This document shows, one piece after another, positions 33,727 through 50,673 of a DNA stretch of 64,000 bases. The position numbers and the translations under genes were made by a program. The number at the start of each line of letters is the position of its first letter. The first letter of the stretch is position 1. This DNA comes from Escherichia coli (lineage in GTDB: Bacteria > Pseudomonadota > Gammaproteobacteria > Enterobacterales > Enterobacteriaceae). The stretch lies in the NCBI RefSeq assembly GCF_044324785.1, contig NZ_CP172127.1; one strand, written 5' to 3'. The notes beneath the pieces are model-generated. The model was not told where the DNA came from and did not search any database. It saw only the letters and a program-made list of their open reading frames with translations.

Positions 33727-36168
33727 TCACTCTGCCACTTTTTTCTTCGCCGCACGCTTCGCTTTGGTCGCTGCGGCTATTTTCTGCGTTTTCGCCGATG
33801 GCTTTTTCGCTTTTCTCGCGTCTTTCTTCGCCGCTTTCGGTTTCGGTTTTTTCTCGCCGCGGAAGGCGCTGTCTGGCTCAAAGTTTACCTTTTTACCGAC
33901 CTGACGACGCTTGCCGCCTTTTTTGCCTGCATCGCCTTTTTTCGCTTTCTCGCGCGCCGTTTTACCGACGTTGCGCGGTGCGCGATCGCTGGAGATCAGG
34001 CTAAAGTCGATTTTACGCTCGTCCATATTAACCGCTTCGACGCGAACTTCCACGCGATCGCCCAGGCGATAAGTCTGGCCGCTGGATTCACCCATCAGGC
34101 GTTGCCCTACCTGGTCAAAGCGATAGTAGTCATTGTCCAGCGAAGAGACATGGACCAGACCATCAATGAACAAGTCGTCCAGACGGACGAAGAAGCCAAA
34201 GCCAGTGACGCTGGAAATTACGCCTTTAAAGACGTTACCTACCTGGTCGAGCATGAAGTCACACTTCAGCCAGTCAGCTACATCGCGTGTTGCTTCGTCG
34301 GCACGACGTTCCGCCATCGAACAGTGCTGACCCAGTTGCAGCATCTCTTCCATCGAATAATGGTAACCGCCGGTTTCAGTAGTGTTGCCCTGATGCCCCT
34401 GCTCTTTCGCCAGCAGATACTTAATGGCGCGGTGCAGCGTCAGGTCAGGATAACGACGAATCGGCGAAGTGAAGTGTGCATAGGACTGCAATGCCAGACC
34501 GAAGTGACCACGGTTTTCCGGATCGTAAATCGCCTGTTTCATCGAGCGCAGCAGCATGGTTTGCAGCATTTCTGCATCAGGACGATCAGCAACCGACTCC
34601 AGCAACTCCGCGTAGTCGCGCGGTTCCGGCTTGTTACCGCCCGGCAGTTCCAGCCCCAGCTCCGCCAGCACTGAACGGAAAGAGGTAATCGCTTCGGTGC
34701 TCGGCTTGTCGTGAATACGGAACAGTGCCGGTTCTTTCGCTTTCTCAACGAAACGCGCCGCCGAGATATTCGCCAGAATCATGCACTCTTCAATTAACTT
34801 GTGTGCGTCGTTACGCTGAGTCTGTTCGATACGCTCAATACGGCGTTCAGCGTTGAAAATGAACTTCGCTTCTTCGCTCTCAAATGAGATCCCGCCGCGT
34901 TCTTCACGGGCTTTATCCAGCACTTTATAGAGGTTATGCAACTCTTCGAGATGCTTAACCAGCGGGGCGTACTGCTCGCGCAGATCCTGATCGCCCTGCA
35001 GAATATGCCAGACTTTGGTGTAGGTCAGACGCGCGTGAGAGCTCATCACCGCTTCGTAGAATTTGTAGCCAGTCAGGCGGCCTTTCGACGAAACCGTCAT
35101 CTCGCACACCATACACAGGCGGTCTACCTGCGGGTTGAGCGAACACAGGCCGTTAGAGAGCACTTCCGGCAGCATCGGGATAACCTGCGAAGGGAAGTAC
35201 ACCGACGTACCACGGTTACGCGCTTCTCTGTCCAGCGGCGTTGGCGGACGCACATAGTAGCTGACGTCAGCAATCGCGACCCATAAACGCCAGCCGCCGC
35301 CGCGTTTTTTCTCGCAGTAAACTGCATCGTCAAAGTCACGGGCGTCTTCGCCATCAATGGTGACCAGCGGTAAATCGCGCAAATCGACACGGCCCGCTTT
35401 TGCTTCTTCCGGCACTTCTTCTTTCAGCCCGGCAACCTGTTGCTCAACAGCCTGCGGCCAGATGTACGGAATTTCATGGGTACGCAGAGCGATATCAACC
35501 GCCATGCCGGTGCCCATATTGTCGCCAAGTACTTCGACGATTTTACCCACCGCTTTGGTACGGCGAGTCGGGCGTTGGGTCAGTTCAACCACCACCACAA
35601 AGCCCATCCGCGCGCCCATGATCTGATCGGGCGGGATTAAGATATCGAAGCTCAAACGACTGTCGTCAGGAACCACAAAGCCGACGCCCGCTTCGGTAAA
35701 GTAGCGACCAACAATCTGGCTGGTTTTTGGCACCAGTACGCGGACAATACGCGCTTCACGACGACCTTTACGGTCAGCGCCCAGCGGCTGCGCCAGCACC
35801 TGATCGCCATGAATGCAGGTTTTCATCTGCTCGCTGGAGAGATACAAATCATCTTTACGCCCTTCAACCCGCAGAAAGCCGTAGCCATCACGGTGGCCAA
35901 TAACGGTACCTTTCACCAGGTCGAGGCGTTCCGGCAGCGCATAGCACTGACGACGAGTGAAGACCAGTTGACCATCGCGCTCCATCGCGCGCAGGCGGCG
36001 ACGCAGGCCTTCAAGCTGCTCTTCGCCTTCAATGTGCAGTTCTACCGCCAGCTCATCACGGCTGGCCGGTTTTTCACGTTTGGTTAAATGTTCGAGGATA
36101 AATTCCCGACTAGGGATGGGATTCGCGTATTTTTCAGCTTCGCGTTCCTGGAAAGGATCTTGTGACAT
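33727..36168 (-). CDS. rnr: Ribonuclease R
   Basis: ORF 33727..36210(-); 813-aa product from internal Met ([20 protein letters not shown]...); S1 domain and Lys-rich C-terminal tail. Confidence 0.93.
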   Translation of the reverse strand: MSQDPFQEREAEKYANPIPSREFILEHLTKREKPASRDELAVELHIEGEEQLEGLRRRLRAMERDGQLVFTRRQCYALPERLDLVKGTVIGHRDGYGFLRVEGRKDDLYLSSEQMKTCIHGDQVLAQPLGADRKGRREARIVRVLVPKTSQIVGRYFTEAGVGFVVPDDSRLSFDILIPPDQIMGARMGFVVVVELTQRPTRRTKAVGKIVEVLGDNMGTGMAVDIALRTHEIPYIWPQAVEQQVAGLKEEVPEEAKAGRVDLRDLPLVTIDGEDARDFDDAVYCEKKRGGGWRLWVAIADVSYYVRPPTPLDREARNRGTSVYFPSQVIPMLPEVLSNGLCSLNPQVDRLCMVCEMTVSSKGRLTGYKFYEAVMSSHARLTYTKVWHILQGDQDLREQYAPLVKHLEELHNLYKVLDKAREERGGISFESEEAKFIFNAERRIERIEQTQRNDAHKLIEECMILANISAARFVEKAKEPALFRIHDKPSTEAITSFRSVLAELGLELPGGNKPEPRDYAELLESVADRPDAEMLQTMLLRSMKQAIYDPENRGHFGLALQSYAHFTSPIRRYPDLTLHRAIKYLLAKEQGHQGNTTETGGYHYSMEEMLQLGQHCSMAERRADEATRDVADWLKCDFMLDQVGNVFKGVISSVTGFGFFVRLDDLFIDGLVHVSSLDNDYYRFDQVGQRLMGESSGQTYRLGDRVEVRVEAVNMDERKIDFSLISSDRAPRNVGKTAREKAKKGDAGKKGGKRRQVGKKVNFEPDSAFRGEKKPKPKAAKKDARKAKKPSAKTQKIAAATKAKRAAKKKVAE

Positions 36169-36206
36169 CTCGGTTCCTCCGTTGTCATCTCTGATGAAGA
36201 TTTTCG

Positions 36207-36632
36207 TCACTCCACCAGCAATAATTTATAAAGCGGTTGATTCTCTTCAACCAAATCGGCAAGCGTGTAGTTATCCAGTTCCGTAAGAAAACTTTGCACG
36301 GCCTTAGAAAGCGCCTGTTTCAACCGACAGGCAGGTGTAATGTGGCAAAACTCACTGCTGCAATTCACCAGCGATAAGGGCTCCAGCTCGCGCACCACAT
36401 CACCAATACGTATCGCACTCGCCGGTTTACCCAGACGAATGCCGCCATTTTTTCCACGAACAGCAGTCACGTAGCCGGCACGACTAAGTTGATTGATTAT
36501 TTTGACCATATGATTACGGGAGACGCCGTAGACGTCAGTCACTTCAGAAATACTGGTCATCCGCCCTTCTGGCAATGACGCCATGTAGATCAGCGCACGT
36601 AATCCGTAATCAGTGAAACTCGTTAACTGCAC
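36207..36632 (-). CDS. nsrR: Nitric-oxide-sensing Rrf2-family repressor
   Basis: 141-aa ORF ([20 protein letters not shown]...). Confidence 0.93.
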
Positions 36633-36836
36633 ATCAACCTCAAAAGGGAAATCGGGAAAAAATACATTTATATTGATGATAAACCAGCCACAAGCTGTGT
36701 CGCTAATTTATTTCAGTTCGGGGAAGGAAAAAAGCGAGGATTTAACACTGTGTCGGATAGCGTAATGGCTTACCCGACACAGCAATGTATCACACTGTTA
36801 GCCCGGCAGGCAAAATATCTGCCAGGCGTACCAGAA

Positions 36837-38138
<1,302 letters not shown>

Positions 38139-38238
38139 TCAAAATCACCGTTTGCTTAAAAATGGATTCTACCATCGCTTTTTCAGAGTTACAGCACTTT
38201 TTGCACTCAAAAATGACCTCGATCAGTCTGTTTTTTGT

Positions 38239-38436
38239 TCAGCCAATCGTTTTCCTCAACATGTAGTAGACCACAACGCCCGCAACCACAAGTCCACCGC
38301 CAAAACGACGTAAAATATTATCGGGCAAATTGGTCATCGCAGAGATCATCTTCTTCCATGCCTTCGGGTAAAGCATCGGCCCTAAACCTTCGAGCACCAA
38401 AACCAGGGCAAGCGCCAGCCAGATTGTCGAATTCAT
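38239..38436 (-). CDS. yjeT: DUF2065 small membrane protein
   Basis: 65-aa hydrophobic ORF between purA and hflC. Confidence 0.8.
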   Translation of the reverse strand: MNSTIWLALALVLVLEGLGPMLYPKAWKKMISAMTNLPDNILRRFGGGLVVAGVVVYYMLRKTIG

Positions 38437-38455
38437 TCATTATCCTTATAGAAAA

Positions 38456-38490
38456 AGAAAACCACCGACATCCCTGAGGATGCGGTGGCT
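38456..38490 (-). terminator. Predicted terminator downstream of hflC
   Basis: Hairpin ccaccgcatcctcagggatgtcggtgg followed by a T-rich run, read on the minus strand. Confidence 0.5.
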
Positions 38491-38517
38491 TTATTGACCT
38501 GTACCGCAGTCGTTATA

Positions 38518-39522
38518 TTAACGCGTTGCGGAAGTCGGCGTCTTCATGTAGCGGAAGAAATCGCTATCCGGGCTCATGACCATCACGTCCTGATTGCCAG
38601 AGAAGCTGTTCTCATAAGCACGCAGGCTACGGATAAATGCGTAGAAGTCCGGATCTTTACTGAATGCATCAGCAAACAGTTTGGCTGCTTCGGCATCGCC
38701 TTCACCACGCATGATGCGGCCCTGACGCTCAGCTTCTGCCAGCGTTCTGGTCACTTCATAGTCGGCAGTCGCACGCAGTTTTTCCGCTTCTTCCTGACCT
38801 TGTGAACGGTGACGACGCGCTACCGCTTCACGCTCGGCGCGCATACGGTTGTAGATCGCTTCAGACACTTCGGTCGGCAGGTTGATCTGCTTAATTCGCA
38901 CATCGACAACTTCAATACCCAGCGCCGCCATACTGTTCGGGTTGATGACCGGAACTTTACCCTTCGTCTCAGCCGTTACGCGCTCTGCCGCTTCGGCAAT
39001 GGCGTTATCTGCTGCCGGGGTAGTAACTTCATCTTCTGTACCCGCAGAACCGGAGTTCAGCGCGTCACGTACTTCGAGGGTCAGACGACCACGGGAATCG
39101 GTGACGATGTCTTTCACGTCCAGGCGACCAATTTCAGAACGCAGACGGTCAGAGAACTTACGTTTCAACAGCACTTCCGCTTGCGAAATGTCGCCACCGC
39201 CCGTTGCCAGGTAGTAACGGCTGAAATCGCTGATGCGCCATTTGATGTAAGAGTCGACGATCAGGTCTTTCTTCTCTTTGGTCACAAAGCGGTCGGCCTG
39301 GTTGTCCATGGTCTGAATACGTGCGTCGAGCATTTTCACCGTTTCAATGAACGGTATCTTGAAATGCAGACCCGGCTCATAAACCAGAGGTTTGTTGTCA
39401 TCGTCACGCAGTACCTTACCAAAACGCAGCGTAATACCGCGCTCACCTTCTTTGACGACAAAGACAGACATGTAAAGCACTACCAGCACGATGATGATAA
39501 TCGCGATAACTGACTTACGCAT
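38518..39522 (-). CDS. hflC: FtsH modulator HflC
   Basis: 334-aa SPFH-domain ORF. Confidence 0.95.
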   Translation of the reverse strand: MRKSVIAIIIIVLVVLYMSVFVVKEGERGITLRFGKVLRDDDNKPLVYEPGLHFKIPFIETVKMLDARIQTMDNQADRFVTKEKKDLIVDSYIKWRISDFSRYYLATGGGDISQAEVLLKRKFSDRLRSEIGRLDVKDIVTDSRGRLTLEVRDALNSGSAGTEDEVTTPAADNAIAEAAERVTAETKGKVPVINPNSMAALGIEVVDVRIKQINLPTEVSEAIYNRMRAEREAVARRHRSQGQEEAEKLRATADYEVTRTLAEAERQGRIMRGEGDAEAAKLFADAFSKDPDFYAFIRSLRAYENSFSGNQDVMVMSPDSDFFRYMKTPTSATR

Positions 39523-39524
39523 CG

Positions 39525-40784
39525 TTATTCCCCCTGACGCTGGTAGTCGTTACGCTGCGCGTTGGCGCGGCGTTGGTCCATAATATCGCCCTGACTGGTG
39601 GACGACGTGTTGCTTGCTCCACTGGTTGTGGAGGAAGAGGCTGGCGGCAGACGCAGCAGGTTGCTGGCACCGTTATCGCTCTTCGCCGCAGGCGCATTGC
39701 CGCCTTTCAGCATCTGGTCTAACGGCAGAACCATCAGGTTGCCACCTTTATCGTTAACCAGCACTTTGCGGGTGTTGCCCAACACTTTTTCCATCGTCTC
39801 GATATACAGACGCTCGCGAGTAATTTCCGGCGCGGCTTTATATTCCGGCAGAAGTTTAGCAAAGCGCGCCACTTCACCCTGAGCTTCCAGGATGGTCTGG
39901 GCCTTGTACGCACGCGCCTCTTCGAGGATACGTTGCGCCTGACCGTTCGCACGCGGCTGAACTTCGTTGGTATACGCTTCTGCTTCACGAATGTATTGCT
40001 GTTCGTTTTCACGCGCGGCAATCGCATCGTCAAACGCCGCTTTTACTTCTTCCGGCGGACGAGCTGCCTGGAAGTTGACGTCCAGCAGCGTGATACCCAT
40101 GTCATACGGACGAATCGTCTCTTCCAGTTCGCGCTGAGTATCGCTACGAATCACGGTACGACCTTCCGTCAGAATGCGGTCCATGGTGTATTTACCGATA
40201 ACCCCACGCAGGGCGCTGTCGGTAGCCTGACGCAGGCTGTCATCCGGGCTGGTCACGCTATACAGATATTTTTCCGGATTGGTGACGCGGTACTGCACGT
40301 TCATCTCAACGCGCACTACGTTCTCGTCCGACGTCAGCATCACACCAGAAGCGGCCAGTTCACGCACGGCTTCCACGTTCACCGGTTTGACTTCGTCGAT
40401 AAACGTCGGTTTCCAGTTCAGACCCGGCTCAACCAGATGGCTGAATTTACCAAAGCGTGTTACCACGCCACGTTCGGCTTCTTTAATGGTATAGAAACCA
40501 CTGGCCGCCCAGATAATGACAATCGCTGCCGCTGCGATGGTAACGACACGACCGCCAAGCTGCGGGCGCGGGCCTTGCGATGAACTGCCACCGCCAGATC
40601 CGGTGCCTTTACCGCCGCCCAGACCACCGAGCTTTTTGCTCAGTTTGCGGAAGATATCATCTAAATCAGGTGGCCCTTGATCGCGACCGCCTTTGTTTCC
40701 ATTTCCCTCAGAGTTGCCGCCAGGTTTGCTGCTTCCCCACGGGTCGCGGTCTTGTCCGTTATTACCGGGCTGATTCCACGCCAT
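39525..40784 (-). CDS. hflK: FtsH modulator HflK
   Basis: 419-aa SPFH-domain ORF with Gly-rich N-terminal region. Confidence 0.95.
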   Translation of the reverse strand: MAWNQPGNNGQDRDPWGSSKPGGNSEGNGNKGGRDQGPPDLDDIFRKLSKKLGGLGGGKGTGSGGGSSSQGPRPQLGGRVVTIAAAAIVIIWAASGFYTIKEAERGVVTRFGKFSHLVEPGLNWKPTFIDEVKPVNVEAVRELAASGVMLTSDENVVRVEMNVQYRVTNPEKYLYSVTSPDDSLRQATDSALRGVIGKYTMDRILTEGRTVIRSDTQRELEETIRPYDMGITLLDVNFQAARPPEEVKAAFDDAIAARENEQQYIREAEAYTNEVQPRANGQAQRILEEARAYKAQTILEAQGEVARFAKLLPEYKAAPEITRERLYIETMEKVLGNTRKVLVNDKGGNLMVLPLDQMLKGGNAPAAKSDNGASNLLRLPPASSSTTSGASNTSSTSQGDIMDQRRANAQRNDYQRQGE

Positions 40785-40869
40785 GTTTGTGCTCCATATT
40801 TGTTATGCGGTGATCCCTGTTGTCTTTCGACGCCAGAGGATATGACTCCACGCTTCAGACGCTACGCCG

Positions 40870-42150
40870 TTAGATCAGGTAATCGATCAACGCCGGTTCT
40901 TGTTTACAGAGGCGACGCCAGTCAACGATCGGCATACGAACTTGCAGACTTACGCTGCCGTCCTCCTCCATCCACTCTTTTTCTATTGCCTGAAGCTGAT
41001 AAAAACGACTTCTCAGACGCCCTTCCTGCGGTGGCAGACGCAATGTATGCTGCGCCACCTCGCCGGAAAGCCGCTCCGTCAAAGCCTGAAAAAGCTGTGG
41101 TATCCCCGCTCCGGTCTGTGCGGAAAGCCAGACACGGATCGGTTTGTTCTCTTCGTCCCGATCAATACGCGGTTCGAAATCTTCCAGCATATCGATCTTG
41201 TTCATCACCAGCAGGGTTGGGATCTCGTGAGCGTCGATCTCTTCAAGAACCGTATTCACCGCTTCGATGTTTTCTTGTACACGCACATCCGCCGCATCAA
41301 TGACGTGCAGCAGCAATGTGGCTTGCCGCGTCTCTTGTAACGTGGCTTTAAATGCCGCCACCAGATCGTGCGGCAGGTGGCGAATAAACCCTACGGTATC
41401 TGCCAACACGGTTTCACCGACATCTGCGACGTCAATACGCCGCAACGTCGGGTCGAGGGTGGCAAACAACTGGTCTGCCGCGTAGACCCGCGCTTCGGTG
41501 ATGCGATTGAAAAGGGTAGATTTACCGGCGTTGGTATATCCCACCAGCGAAACAGTAGGAACGTCGGCTTTGATACGCGATTGCCGCCCCTGCTCACGCT
41601 GCTTTTCAACTCTTTCCAGGCGCGACTGTATCTGCACGATGCGATTACGCAACAAACGACGGTCGGTTTCGAGCTGGGTTTCACCCGGACCACGCAAACC
41701 TATCCCGCCTTTCTGTCTTTCAAGGTGGGTCCAGCCACGCACCAGGCGCGTAGCCAGATGGCGCAGCTGCGCCAGCTCAACCTGCAACTTACCCTCATGG
41801 GTACGCGCACGTTGGGCGAAAATATCTAAAATAAGGCCGGTGCGGTCGATGACACGACACTCGCACAAACGCTCCAGGTTACGCTCTTGCGCCGGGCTCA
41901 GGGCATGGTCAAAAAGAACGACCGAAGCACCCGTCGCTTTGACAGCTTCCGCAATTTCAACTGCTTTACCTTCACCTACAAAATACTTTGGGTGCGGCGC
42001 TTTACGGCTACCGGTAATCACCTGCAATGCTTCGACACCGGCGGAAGAGACCAGAGATTCAAACTCCTGGAGGTCTTCCATATCTTTGTCTTGCGTAAAA
42101 TAGATGTGTACCAGTACCGCCTGCTCACCAGCATCATAACGGTCAAACAA
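40870..42150 (-). CDS. hflX: Ribosome-associated GTPase HflX
   Basis: 426-aa ORF with GTP-binding motifs (GYTNAGKST). Confidence 0.95.
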   Translation of the reverse strand: MFDRYDAGEQAVLVHIYFTQDKDMEDLQEFESLVSSAGVEALQVITGSRKAPHPKYFVGEGKAVEIAEAVKATGASVVLFDHALSPAQERNLERLCECRVIDRTGLILDIFAQRARTHEGKLQVELAQLRHLATRLVRGWTHLERQKGGIGLRGPGETQLETDRRLLRNRIVQIQSRLERVEKQREQGRQSRIKADVPTVSLVGYTNAGKSTLFNRITEARVYAADQLFATLDPTLRRIDVADVGETVLADTVGFIRHLPHDLVAAFKATLQETRQATLLLHVIDAADVRVQENIEAVNTVLEEIDAHEIPTLLVMNKIDMLEDFEPRIDRDEENKPIRVWLSAQTGAGIPQLFQALTERLSGEVAQHTLRLPPQEGRLRSRFYQLQAIEKEWMEEDGSVSLQVRMPIVDWRRLCKQEPALIDYLI

Positions 42151-42226
42151 GCGTATAACCCTCTAAATAGATCAGCGGGGAACGCAGGATCGCTGGCTCC
42201 CCGTGTAAAAAAAACAGCCCGAAACC

Positions 42227-42547
<321 letters not shown>

Positions 42548-42620
42548 TTATATGCTTATTTGTACTTTGAACCTTTCGATTCTGAAAAAATTGCGCACGA
42601 TACGTCTCAATTGTACACAT

Positions 42621-43571
42621 TCAGCCTGCGATAGCACCAACAACCTGTAATACTTCGTCACGCGCTTGTTCTGGTTTTTCACTGTCAAGCCAGTGAACCC
42701 CTTCCCAACCACGCAGCCAGGTTATCTGCCGCTTCGCCAACTGTCTCGTGGCGCAAACACCTCGATAAACCATTTCATCGTATGAGATTTCGCCTTCAAG
42801 GTAAGACCACATCTGGCGATAACCCACGCAACGAATGGAAGGCAAGTCCGTATGCAAATCTCCTCGGGCAAAAAGCGCCCGGACTTCTGCTTCAAAACCT
42901 GAAGCCAACATCTGATGAAAACGCTGCTCAATTCGTTGATGGAGCAGTTCACGGCTCGCCGGGGCGATGGCGAACTGATGCACCTGATACGGTAGAGCGT
43001 CTCCTGACGTTTGCGTCAGTTCTGTTAAAGTTTTACCCGAAATGAAAAAAACTTCCAGTGCCCGGGAAAGCCTTTGTGGATCATTTGGATGAATCCTTGC
43101 TGCCGCAACCGGATCGATCTCCTGAAGTTGACGATGCAATGACTCCCAACCTTGCTCTGCCGCCTGTTGCTCAATTCTGGCCCGCACTTCCGGGTCCGCC
43201 GACGGTAGCGGCGACAACCCTTCCAGCAATGCCTTGAAATACAACATCGTACCGCCCACTAACAGTGGGATCCGCCCCGCCGCGGTGATATCGGCCATTT
43301 CCGCCAGCGCATCGCGGCGAAAATCAGCAGCCGAGTAAGCCTGCGACGGATCGCGAATATCCAGCAATCGGTGCGGCGCGGCGAGTAACTCTTCAGCGTT
43401 CGGCTTCGCCGTCCCGATATCCATCCCTTTGTAAATAAGGGCAGAATCAACGCTTATCAACTCTACTGGTAAAATTTTACACAGCTCAATGGCTAACGCC
43501 GTTTTACCGGAGGCCGTCGGCCCCATCAAAAAAATCGCCTTAGGCAGGCTCGCCTTACTGATATCACTCAT
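42621..43571 (-). CDS. miaA: tRNA dimethylallyltransferase
   Basis: 316-aa ORF with P-loop (GPTASGKT). Confidence 0.96.
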   Translation of the reverse strand: MSDISKASLPKAIFLMGPTASGKTALAIELCKILPVELISVDSALIYKGMDIGTAKPNAEELLAAPHRLLDIRDPSQAYSAADFRRDALAEMADITAAGRIPLLVGGTMLYFKALLEGLSPLPSADPEVRARIEQQAAEQGWESLHRQLQEIDPVAAARIHPNDPQRLSRALEVFFISGKTLTELTQTSGDALPYQVHQFAIAPASRELLHQRIEQRFHQMLASGFEAEVRALFARGDLHTDLPSIRCVGYRQMWSYLEGEISYDEMVYRGVCATRQLAKRQITWLRGWEGVHWLDSEKPEQARDEVLQVVGAIAG

Positions 43572-45411
43572 CTTTAAGGGCTTTTATCGCCGGATGTAAA
43601 TCAACAGATTGTAACAGACCACCCGGCGGCGTTTTCACAAGTTGCGGACATAACCGTTCCACGTCCGCCAGCAGGGTTATGGCCTGCGCCATTGACCACT
43701 GCGCATGTTCGCTCATCAGATTTCGTGCAATCCACTGCGCAATATTGCCAGGTTCGAATACGGACTGCTTCGCCAGGTAGCCTATCAGTTCAGGAATCAA
43801 GATTTGTAAATTTTGTTGGCGTAAGGGTAAAGGCACGGCCCTGATGGTCACATGCTGCGCATCGGACTGGAAATCAATACCCAATTCCGCCAGGGCAGAC
43901 TGCGCTTTTTCTAATGCCGATTTTTCTTCGCCAGAAACTTTTAGCCGCAGCGGAATCAGCAACGGCTGGGCGCAAACTGGCGCTTCACCCGGCGTCAGTT
44001 GCGCCTGACGCAGCCAACGTTCTGCCACTGGCAAGGCTAAAAGTGAAATGTTGCCGTCGCGCTCAAGCAACGCACAGTCGGAATGGACGATAGTCAGTAC
44101 CCGACCAAAGCTTTGACTGTTCGCCGCAAGTGCAGGTTCCTGCAGTTCTGGCGCTTTTGGTTTTTGCATCGGCGCGGGCGTTTGCAAAAGCTGGCGATAC
44201 ACTTCACCTTGCTGTTTCTGGTAACCTGGCTGCGCATTCGGCCAGGGGGCAGCCGGACGACTGCCTGAGGCGGGCGCAGGAGTGTAACGCGGAGCTACTG
44301 GCTCACGAACTGCCGGTTCTGCAAAGTGATTGCGCCCCGCCGCCACGCGGTTTTCCGGGATGGCGCGCGGTGCAGGTTGTGGTTCATCGTCCAGCGGTAG
44401 CGGCGTTTCCAGTTGCTGTTGTAGCACGCTCAGCACGCCCTGATAGATAAAATCATGCACCAGACGCGACTGATGGAAACGCACTTCGTGTTTGGCAGGG
44501 TGCACGTTGACGTCCACCTGATGTGGGTCGATCTCCAGATACAACACAAATGCCGGTTGCTGATCGGCCCCCAGTTTGTCTTCACAGGCCTGGCGGATCG
44601 CGTGATTGATCAGACGATCGCGCATCATGCGACCATTCACGTAGCAATACTGAATTTCCGCCAGTGCGGGCGTGGTGTGATTCGGATCTGCCACCCAGCC
44701 GCGCAGCGTGAGATCGCCGTGTTGCCATTCAATCGCCAGCGCTTGTTCGAGAAAAGCGGTGCCGCAAATCGCCCCTAAACGGCGCTCTTTTTGTCCACCT
44801 TCCGGCACGGCGCGGTACTGGCGGACCATTTTCCCGTTATGCGACAGGTTGATCGTGACGTCGAAACGCGCCAGCGCAATGCGGCGGATGATTTCATCGA
44901 TATGGTTAAATTCGGTTTTCTCGGTGCGCAGGAATTTGCGCCGCGCCGGGGTGTTGTAGAACAGGTCCAGCACCTCCAGCGTCGTTCCCACCGGATGCGC
45001 CGCCGGTTTAACCGTCACGTCCATATCGCGCCCTTCGGCATAGGCCTGCCAGGCTTCCTGCTGTTCTGCGGTACGTGAAGTGAGCGTCAGGCGGGAAACC
45101 GAACTGATACTCGCCAGCGCCTCACCGCGAAAGCCCAGGCTGATAATGGCTTCGAGATCGTCCAGAGAGGCGATTTTACTGGTGGCATGACGAGCCAGCG
45201 CCAGCGCCAGCTCATCTTTTTTGATACCGCAGCCGTTATCACGAATGCGGATAAGTTTCGCCCCACCGCGTTCGATATCAATATCGATACGCGTCGCACC
45301 TGCATCGAGGCTGTTTTCCACCAGTTCTTTGACTACCGACGCAGGTCGCTCGACCACCTCACCTGCGGCAATCTGGTTCGCCAGTTGTGGCGGTAAGACC
45401 TGAATTGGCAT
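43564..45411 (-). CDS. mutL: DNA mismatch repair protein MutL
   Basis: 615-aa product ([39 protein letters not shown]...). Confidence 0.96.
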   Translation of the reverse strand: MPIQVLPPQLANQIAAGEVVERPASVVKELVENSLDAGATRIDIDIERGGAKLIRIRDNGCGIKKDELALALARHATSKIASLDDLEAIISLGFRGEALASISSVSRLTLTSRTAEQQEAWQAYAEGRDMDVTVKPAAHPVGTTLEVLDLFYNTPARRKFLRTEKTEFNHIDEIIRRIALARFDVTINLSHNGKMVRQYRAVPEGGQKERRLGAICGTAFLEQALAIEWQHGDLTLRGWVADPNHTTPALAEIQYCYVNGRMMRDRLINHAIRQACEDKLGADQQPAFVLYLEIDPHQVDVNVHPAKHEVRFHQSRLVHDFIYQGVLSVLQQQLETPLPLDDEPQPAPRAIPENRVAAGRNHFAEPAVREPVAPRYTPAPASGSRPAAPWPNAQPGYQKQQGEVYRQLLQTPAPMQKPKAPELQEPALAANSQSFGRVLTIVHSDCALLERDGNISLLALPVAERWLRQAQLTPGEAPVCAQPLLIPLRLKVSGEEKSALEKAQSALAELGIDFQSDAQHVTIRAVPLPLRQQNLQILIPELIGYLAKQSVFEPGNIAQWIARNLMSEHAQWSMAQAITLLADVERLCPQLVKTPPGGLLQSVDLHPAIKALKDE

Positions 45412-45420
45412 CAATAATCC

Positions 45421-46758
45421 TTAGTTTGGCAGCGTGCGATCTGGCGTCGTCACCGTACTGGCCGTTTGTGCCGCTGCACCCTGCGGCGCAGATTGCATCG
45501 GATGCGCAAGGAAATAATTACGCAGGCCTTTGTAAATGGCTTCTGCCAGCTGTTGTTGGTAATCGTCGCTCGCCAGCAAACGTTCTTCGCTGTTGTTGCT
45601 GATAAAACCGGTTTCGACCAGTACTGATGGGATATCCGGCGAACGCAGAACGCCAAGGCTGGCGTGTTCTGGTCGACGTTTATGTATTTCGCCAATGCGT
45701 TGCAACTGGCTGATCATACTGGTCGCTACATCATACCCTACACGCTGGGAATGGCCGAACTGTAAATCCAGCACAGCCTGGCTTAAATAGGGGTCAGACT
45801 GACTGTTCGCCAGCACATCGCCCGCTCCGCCCAATAGCTCCGACTGTTTCTCATGCTGTTCCAGCCAGCTTGCCATCTCGCTGTTGGCGCGACGGTTAGA
45901 GAGCACCCAAACGGAAGCGCCAGTCGCACTGCGGTTTGGTGCGGCATCAGCGTGAATCGACACGAGGAAATTGGCGTTTTGCTTACGTGCCACATCGCTG
46001 CGCCCCATCACCGAGATAAAGTAATCCCCGTCACGGGTTAAAACGCCTTTAAACATTGGATCGTCATTGAGCAAAGTACGCAATTTACGTGCGATGGCGA
46101 TGGTGACATTTTTCTCCCGCGTACCACCGGGGCCGATAGCGCCAGGGTCCTGACCGCCGTGTCCTGCATCAATAGCGATGATAATTTTATCGCCAGTGTT
46201 AGCCGTCGCGCGCGCTGCCGGACGCGTTACCGTATTACTGCTGATAACACCTGTAGTGCGGTTACTTTCCGTTTTAAACGGATTGCGCGCCGGTTCGCTG
46301 ACGCGCGGTGCGACAACCGCAGGCGTTTCAACGCGTTTCGCAACCACAGGCGGCGGAGGAGGCGGTGGCGGCACATCGGCGTTAATCGTAAAGACGACAG
46401 TGTAATTGCTGCCATTCTGCCGCTTCACCGCTTCGGTTTTACCATTTTCGGTAAGATCGACCACCAGCCGTAGCGTTTGTGCATCTTTAGGCGTTCCGGA
46501 GCGAATCGCCTTCACCAGATTATTGCCGCTAAACAACAACGGCAGTCCCTGAATCACGCCCGTTTGTTTGATATCGAGCGCCACGGTGCGTTTGCTTTGA
46601 TGGCTAAAGGCATAATCAGGATCGCCAATAAAACTCAACGTTATCCGCGCCTGTTGATTACCGTTAGAAACCTGAATATCAGAGAGCGTCGCGGCACCCA
46701 CCGGCGCGCACAGCAGCAGCAACGTCGCTACCAACCAATTTCTGATGCGATACATCAT
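45421..46758 (-). CDS. amiB: N-acetylmuramoyl-L-alanine amidase AmiB
   Basis: 445-aa product from internal Met ([14 protein letters not shown]...); poly-Pro linker. Confidence 0.93.
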   Translation of the reverse strand: MMYRIRNWLVATLLLLCAPVGAATLSDIQVSNGNQQARITLSFIGDPDYAFSHQSKRTVALDIKQTGVIQGLPLLFSGNNLVKAIRSGTPKDAQTLRLVVDLTENGKTEAVKRQNGSNYTVVFTINADVPPPPPPPPVVAKRVETPAVVAPRVSEPARNPFKTESNRTTGVISSNTVTRPAARATANTGDKIIIAIDAGHGGQDPGAIGPGGTREKNVTIAIARKLRTLLNDDPMFKGVLTRDGDYFISVMGRSDVARKQNANFLVSIHADAAPNRSATGASVWVLSNRRANSEMASWLEQHEKQSELLGGAGDVLANSQSDPYLSQAVLDLQFGHSQRVGYDVATSMISQLQRIGEIHKRRPEHASLGVLRSPDIPSVLVETGFISNNSEERLLASDDYQQQLAEAIYKGLRNYFLAHPMQSAPQGAAAQTASTVTTPDRTLPN

Positions 46759-46776
46759 CCCGCCACCTTTCAAAGG

Positions 46777-48755
<1,979 letters not shown>

Positions 48756-48757
<2 letters not shown>

Positions 48758-49895
48758 GTCAGAGCCCCTCGATCTCAATCAGTTAGCGCAAAAAATTAAA
48801 CAGTGGGGGCTGGAACTGGGCTTTCAGCAGGTAGGTATTACCGATACCGATCTCAGCGCGTCCGAGCCCAAACTGCAAGCATGGCTGGACAAACAATACC
48901 ACGGCGAAATGGACTGGATGGCGCGTCACGGTATGCTGCGTGCTCGTCCTCACGAATTATTGCCCGGTACGCTGCGCGTGATCAGCGTGCGGATGAATTA
49001 CCTTCCTGCTAACGCCGCATTTGCCAGCACGCTGAAAAACCCCAAGCTCGGCTATGTGAGCCGTTATGCGCTGGGCCGTGACTATCACAAACTTCTGCGC
49101 AACCGACTCAAAAAGCTGGGCGAGATGATTCAGCAACATTGTGTTTCGCTGAATTTTAGACCGTTTGTCGATTCTGCGCCTATTCTCGAGCGTCCGTTAG
49201 CTGAAAAAGCAGGACTCGGCTGGACAGGTAAGCACTCACTTATCCTCAATCGCGAGGCTGGTTCGTTCTTCTTTTTAGGCGAATTGCTGGTCGATATTCC
49301 TCTGCCCGTGGATCAACCGGTCGAGGAAGGATGCGGTAAATGCGTGGCCTGTATGACGATTTGCCCGACCGGAGCCATCGTCGAACCATATACCGTCGAT
49401 GCTCGCCGCTGTATCTCTTATCTCACCATCGAACTGGAAGGGGCGATCCCGGAAGAGTTGCGACCGTTAATGGGAAACCGTATTTATGGTTGCGATGACT
49501 GCCAGCTTATCTGCCCGTGGAATCGCTATTCGCAACTCACTACAGAAGACGATTTCAGCCCGCGTAAGCCGCTACACGCTCCGGAACTCATTGAGTTATT
49601 CGCCTGGAGCGAAGAGAAGTTTTTAAAAGTCACGGAAGGTTCGGCGATTCGCCGTATAGGTCACCTGCGTTGGCTGCGTAATATCGCCGTAGCATTAGGC
49701 AATGCCCCCTGGGATGAAACGATTTTGACAGCACTGGAAAGTCGTAAAGGTGAGCACCCACTTCTCGATGAGCACATAGCGTGGGCGATTGCGCAGCAAA
49801 TCGAGAGGCGAAATGCGTGCGTGGTCGAAGTGCAATTACCGAAAAAACAGCGTCTGGTTCGGGTGATTGAAAAAGGGTTACCGCGTGACGCCTGA
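48756..49895 (+). CDS. queG: Epoxyqueuosine reductase
   Basis: ORF 48648..49895; 379-aa product from ATG 48756 (MSEPLDLNQLAQKIKQWG...); 4Fe-4S ferredoxin Cys motifs. Confidence 0.9.
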
Positions 49896-50164
49896 TTCAT
49901 CCACAGCTTGTGAATAAAAATAAAAACGCATTGCAATTCAAGCCGGAAAAAATCGTCAAGTGATCGATACGACAAAACGAAATCTTAATTTTTAACTTAT
50001 CTATCAATAGGTTAAAAAAATACTATTCACCGTGCGAAGTTTCTTTGAAATTAAGATTACAGCCTGAGACTGTGGATAACTCTGTTTACAAGAGTTTGTC
50101 AGAGACAACAAAAACCAGCAATAACGCATCGCGTCGCTGTGGATATTTTATTGAGAGAAGAATT

Positions 50165-50240
<76 letters not shown>

Positions 50241-50276
50241 TTGGGTGGTCTGTGCTTTGCAGCACTTTTCAAATTT

Positions 50277-50352
<76 letters not shown>

Positions 50353-50387
50353 TTGGGTGGTCTGTGCTTTTCAGCACTTTCAAATTT

Positions 50388-50463
<76 letters not shown>

Positions 50464-50673
50464 GTACTACTTAATTTTGCTTTCGTAATTTTCGCATTTC
50501 TGCGTCGTTACGGGAGGCGCATTATACGAGAAATCTTTCCCTCTGCAACCCCCCTAAAAAATTTTTTTTGAGTTTTTATCTCAAATGCTGAAATTATCAG
50601 CAAGACGTTCAATTTAGCGTCAAAATCACGCCGCCGCAAGTGGATTACGGCGCTTACGTGACCAGGAAAAATT

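Noticed and set aside
33727-36210. N-terminally extended ORFs in the track (e.g. rnr 827 aa, ulaA 484 aa, queG 415 aa, fklB 259 aa, ulaD 267 aa)
   Set aside because: The extensions come from in-frame upstream codons before the real start; lengths matching known proteins are obtained from internal Met/GTG/TTG codons.
38809-40583. Plus-strand ORFs of 234 and 216 aa
   Set aside because: Antisense to hflC and hflK respectively.
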